From IMG/VR virus record IMGVR_UViG_2775507210_000003: DNA of 25,810 nucleotides; one strand, 5' to 3'. Position 1 is the stretch's first letter; each line of letters begins with the position of its first letter. This DNA is from an uncultured virus (IMG/VR IMGVR_UViG_2775507210_000003) (lineage: Duplodnaviria > Heunggongvirae > Uroviricota > Caudoviricetes). Of this stretch, positions 24,587-25,810 are shown piece by piece. Below the pieces are notes generated by a model. The model saw nothing but the letters and a program-made list of their open reading frames with translations, was not told where the DNA came from and ran no database searches. Made by a program: the position numbers and the translations under genes.

Positions 24587-25810
24587 ATGCTTGCTCGTGC
24601 CTTATTGCTAGTACTGGCATGTGTTGTAACCGCACCAGCATTCGCCATGCAGATATTCGTCAAGACCCTCACTGGCAAGACAATTGCGTTGGAGGTGGAA
24701 GCTAATGACACGGTCGAGAATGTCAAATCCAAGATTCAGGATAAGGAAGGCATTCCTCCCGACAAGCAGACCCTGAAGTTTGCCGGTAAAACGCTGGAGG
24801 AGGGCCGTACTCTTGCGGATTACAACATTCAAAAAGAGTCGACGCTTCACCTTGTGATGGTGCAGGTCGTATTGCAGCCGAGTGGGCTAGATGGACTTGT
24901 CCGACAGGCAAGTGACGTGTCAAGACTCGCGGTGGGTTCTGCTGTTTTAGTACTGAGCGGGAACCACGGGCACCCATTGGATTTTCGCGTTGCCGCCGGT
25001 AAGCAAAATTGCGCTTGGCTGGCCGGAGATTGGGGCGGGGATGACTTGGGCGGTGGGGGCAGCTCGGTTGGGGTTGCTGAGGTCGGAGGGTGCCAGCGTC
25101 TTACGGAAAGCGGCGCGCAGCTTGGGCTTGCAGTAGGTAAGAGCCGTGTACGCGATAGCTCTGGAGGGGCGAATTCCATCAAAGAGCAAGGAACCTACCT
25201 GCTGGTGGAGTTCATCGCGCCAGTGACCGCGTTGTCACCTGATCTTTGGTCGACTCTGACCGGGTATTACAACCATGGTGATGCTGACATGCGCCGTGGT
25301 TATTCGACGCTTTCAGGGAGCGATGGCTCAAGCGCTACTCCAGGGGTCGATACCGTGGCGTTGCGTAGCCGGTTGGACTGGGACGCTCTATGGCGGCCCA
25401 TGGGTGTGGAGCTCTCACCCTATGTAGACTTGAACTATGTGCAAACGCGAGTTTCATCCTATAACGAGGCCGGTGGTAGTCAGGTCATGTCGCTGGGTGA
25501 ACGCAATCACAGCATTTCTGAGCTTCGGCTCGGGATGAATGGCAAATACCTTTTAGCGGATCACCTTGAGTTGCTCGCAGGCATTGAAGGGGTTCGCCGT
25601 GTTCATGATGATGCTGACCCGATAGACGCCTATTGGGGGTCGCAGCATTTCCGCCTGGACGCAGAACAAAGCGACCGAGCCTGGATGCGCGGTCAGCTCG
25701 GAGTTGCGTGGTTGATGCTGGATAGCCGGTTGATGTTCTTGCTCAATGCCACCAATGAGGGAGAGCAGCCAGCACGCTGGGTGGCTATGAGCTGGACAGG
25801 TTCGTTCTGA
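24587..25810 (+). CDS. Signal peptide + ubiquitin domain + autotransporter beta-barrel fusion protein (alternative start at 24563)
   Basis: [20 protein letters not shown] signal; [13 protein letters not shown]...KESTLHLV ubiquitin at 24647-24856; C-terminal amphipathic beta-strands with RRGY and [21 protein letters not shown]; terminal WTGSF. Confidence 0.9.
   Translation: MLARALLLVLACVVTAPAFAMQIFVKTLTGKTIALEVEANDTVENVKSKIQDKEGIPPDKQTLKFAGKTLEEGRTLADYNIQKESTLHLVMVQVVLQPSGLDGLVRQASDVSRLAVGSAVLVLSGNHGHPLDFRVAAGKQNCAWLAGDWGGDDLGGGGSSVGVAEVGGCQRLTESGAQLGLAVGKSRVRDSSGGANSIKEQGTYLLVEFIAPVTALSPDLWSTLTGYYNHGDADMRRGYSTLSGSDGSSATPGVDTVALRSRLDWDALWRPMGVELSPYVDLNYVQTRVSSYNEAGGSQVMSLGERNHSISELRLGMNGKYLLADHLELLAGIEGVRRVHDDADPIDAYWGSQHFRLDAEQSDRAWMRGQLGVAWLMLDSRLMFLLNATNEGEQPARWVAMSWTGSF

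Noticed and set aside
24647..24856. Eukaryotic contamination as the source of the ubiquitin
   Set aside because: It is in frame with a bacterial signal peptide and barrel, has no polyubiquitin repeat or ribosomal protein fusion, and has changes (I44K, no GG) not expected in a functional eukaryotic ubiquitin. Read-level confirmation is still advisable.
24647..25810. Part of a bacterial ubiquitin-conjugation defence system (Bil, Bub or CBASS E1-E2)
   Set aside because: No C-terminal Gly, the protein is exported, and no E1, E2 or JAB genes are in the window; downstream sequence is not visible.
1..25810. CRISPR array, IS element or att site
   Set aside because: No regularly spaced repeats, transposase or identifiable att core found by eye.

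Overview
This window is the late region of a temperate myovirus-type prophage; GC-rich codon usage and gene content point to a Pseudomonas-like host. All real genes are on the + strand. The order is: the tail end of a tyrosine recombinase, a Zn-finger protein, a probable Q/AlpA-like antiterminator with late promoter and terminator, a two-gene membrane-protein moron, a tRNA-like structured element, holin, HNH/cos/P27-type terminase, an HK97-fold head with S49 protease, a Mu/SfV-type contractile tail and baseplate, tail fibre and chaperone, then a lambda-R-type endolysin with Rz/Rz1 spanins. The standout is the last gene (about 24587-25810), directly after the lysis cassette. It encodes a Sec signal peptide, then a eukaryote-like ubiquitin domain, then a type V autotransporter beta-barrel ending in Phe. 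By hand alignment the ubiquitin domain is 59/70 identical to human ubiquitin; it lacks the LRGG tail and carries I44K. It looks like a phage-associated, surface-displayed or secreted ubiquitin mimic. No attachment site is visible, so the right prophage boundary cannot be fixed. All homology calls are from motif recognition and gene order, not database searches.
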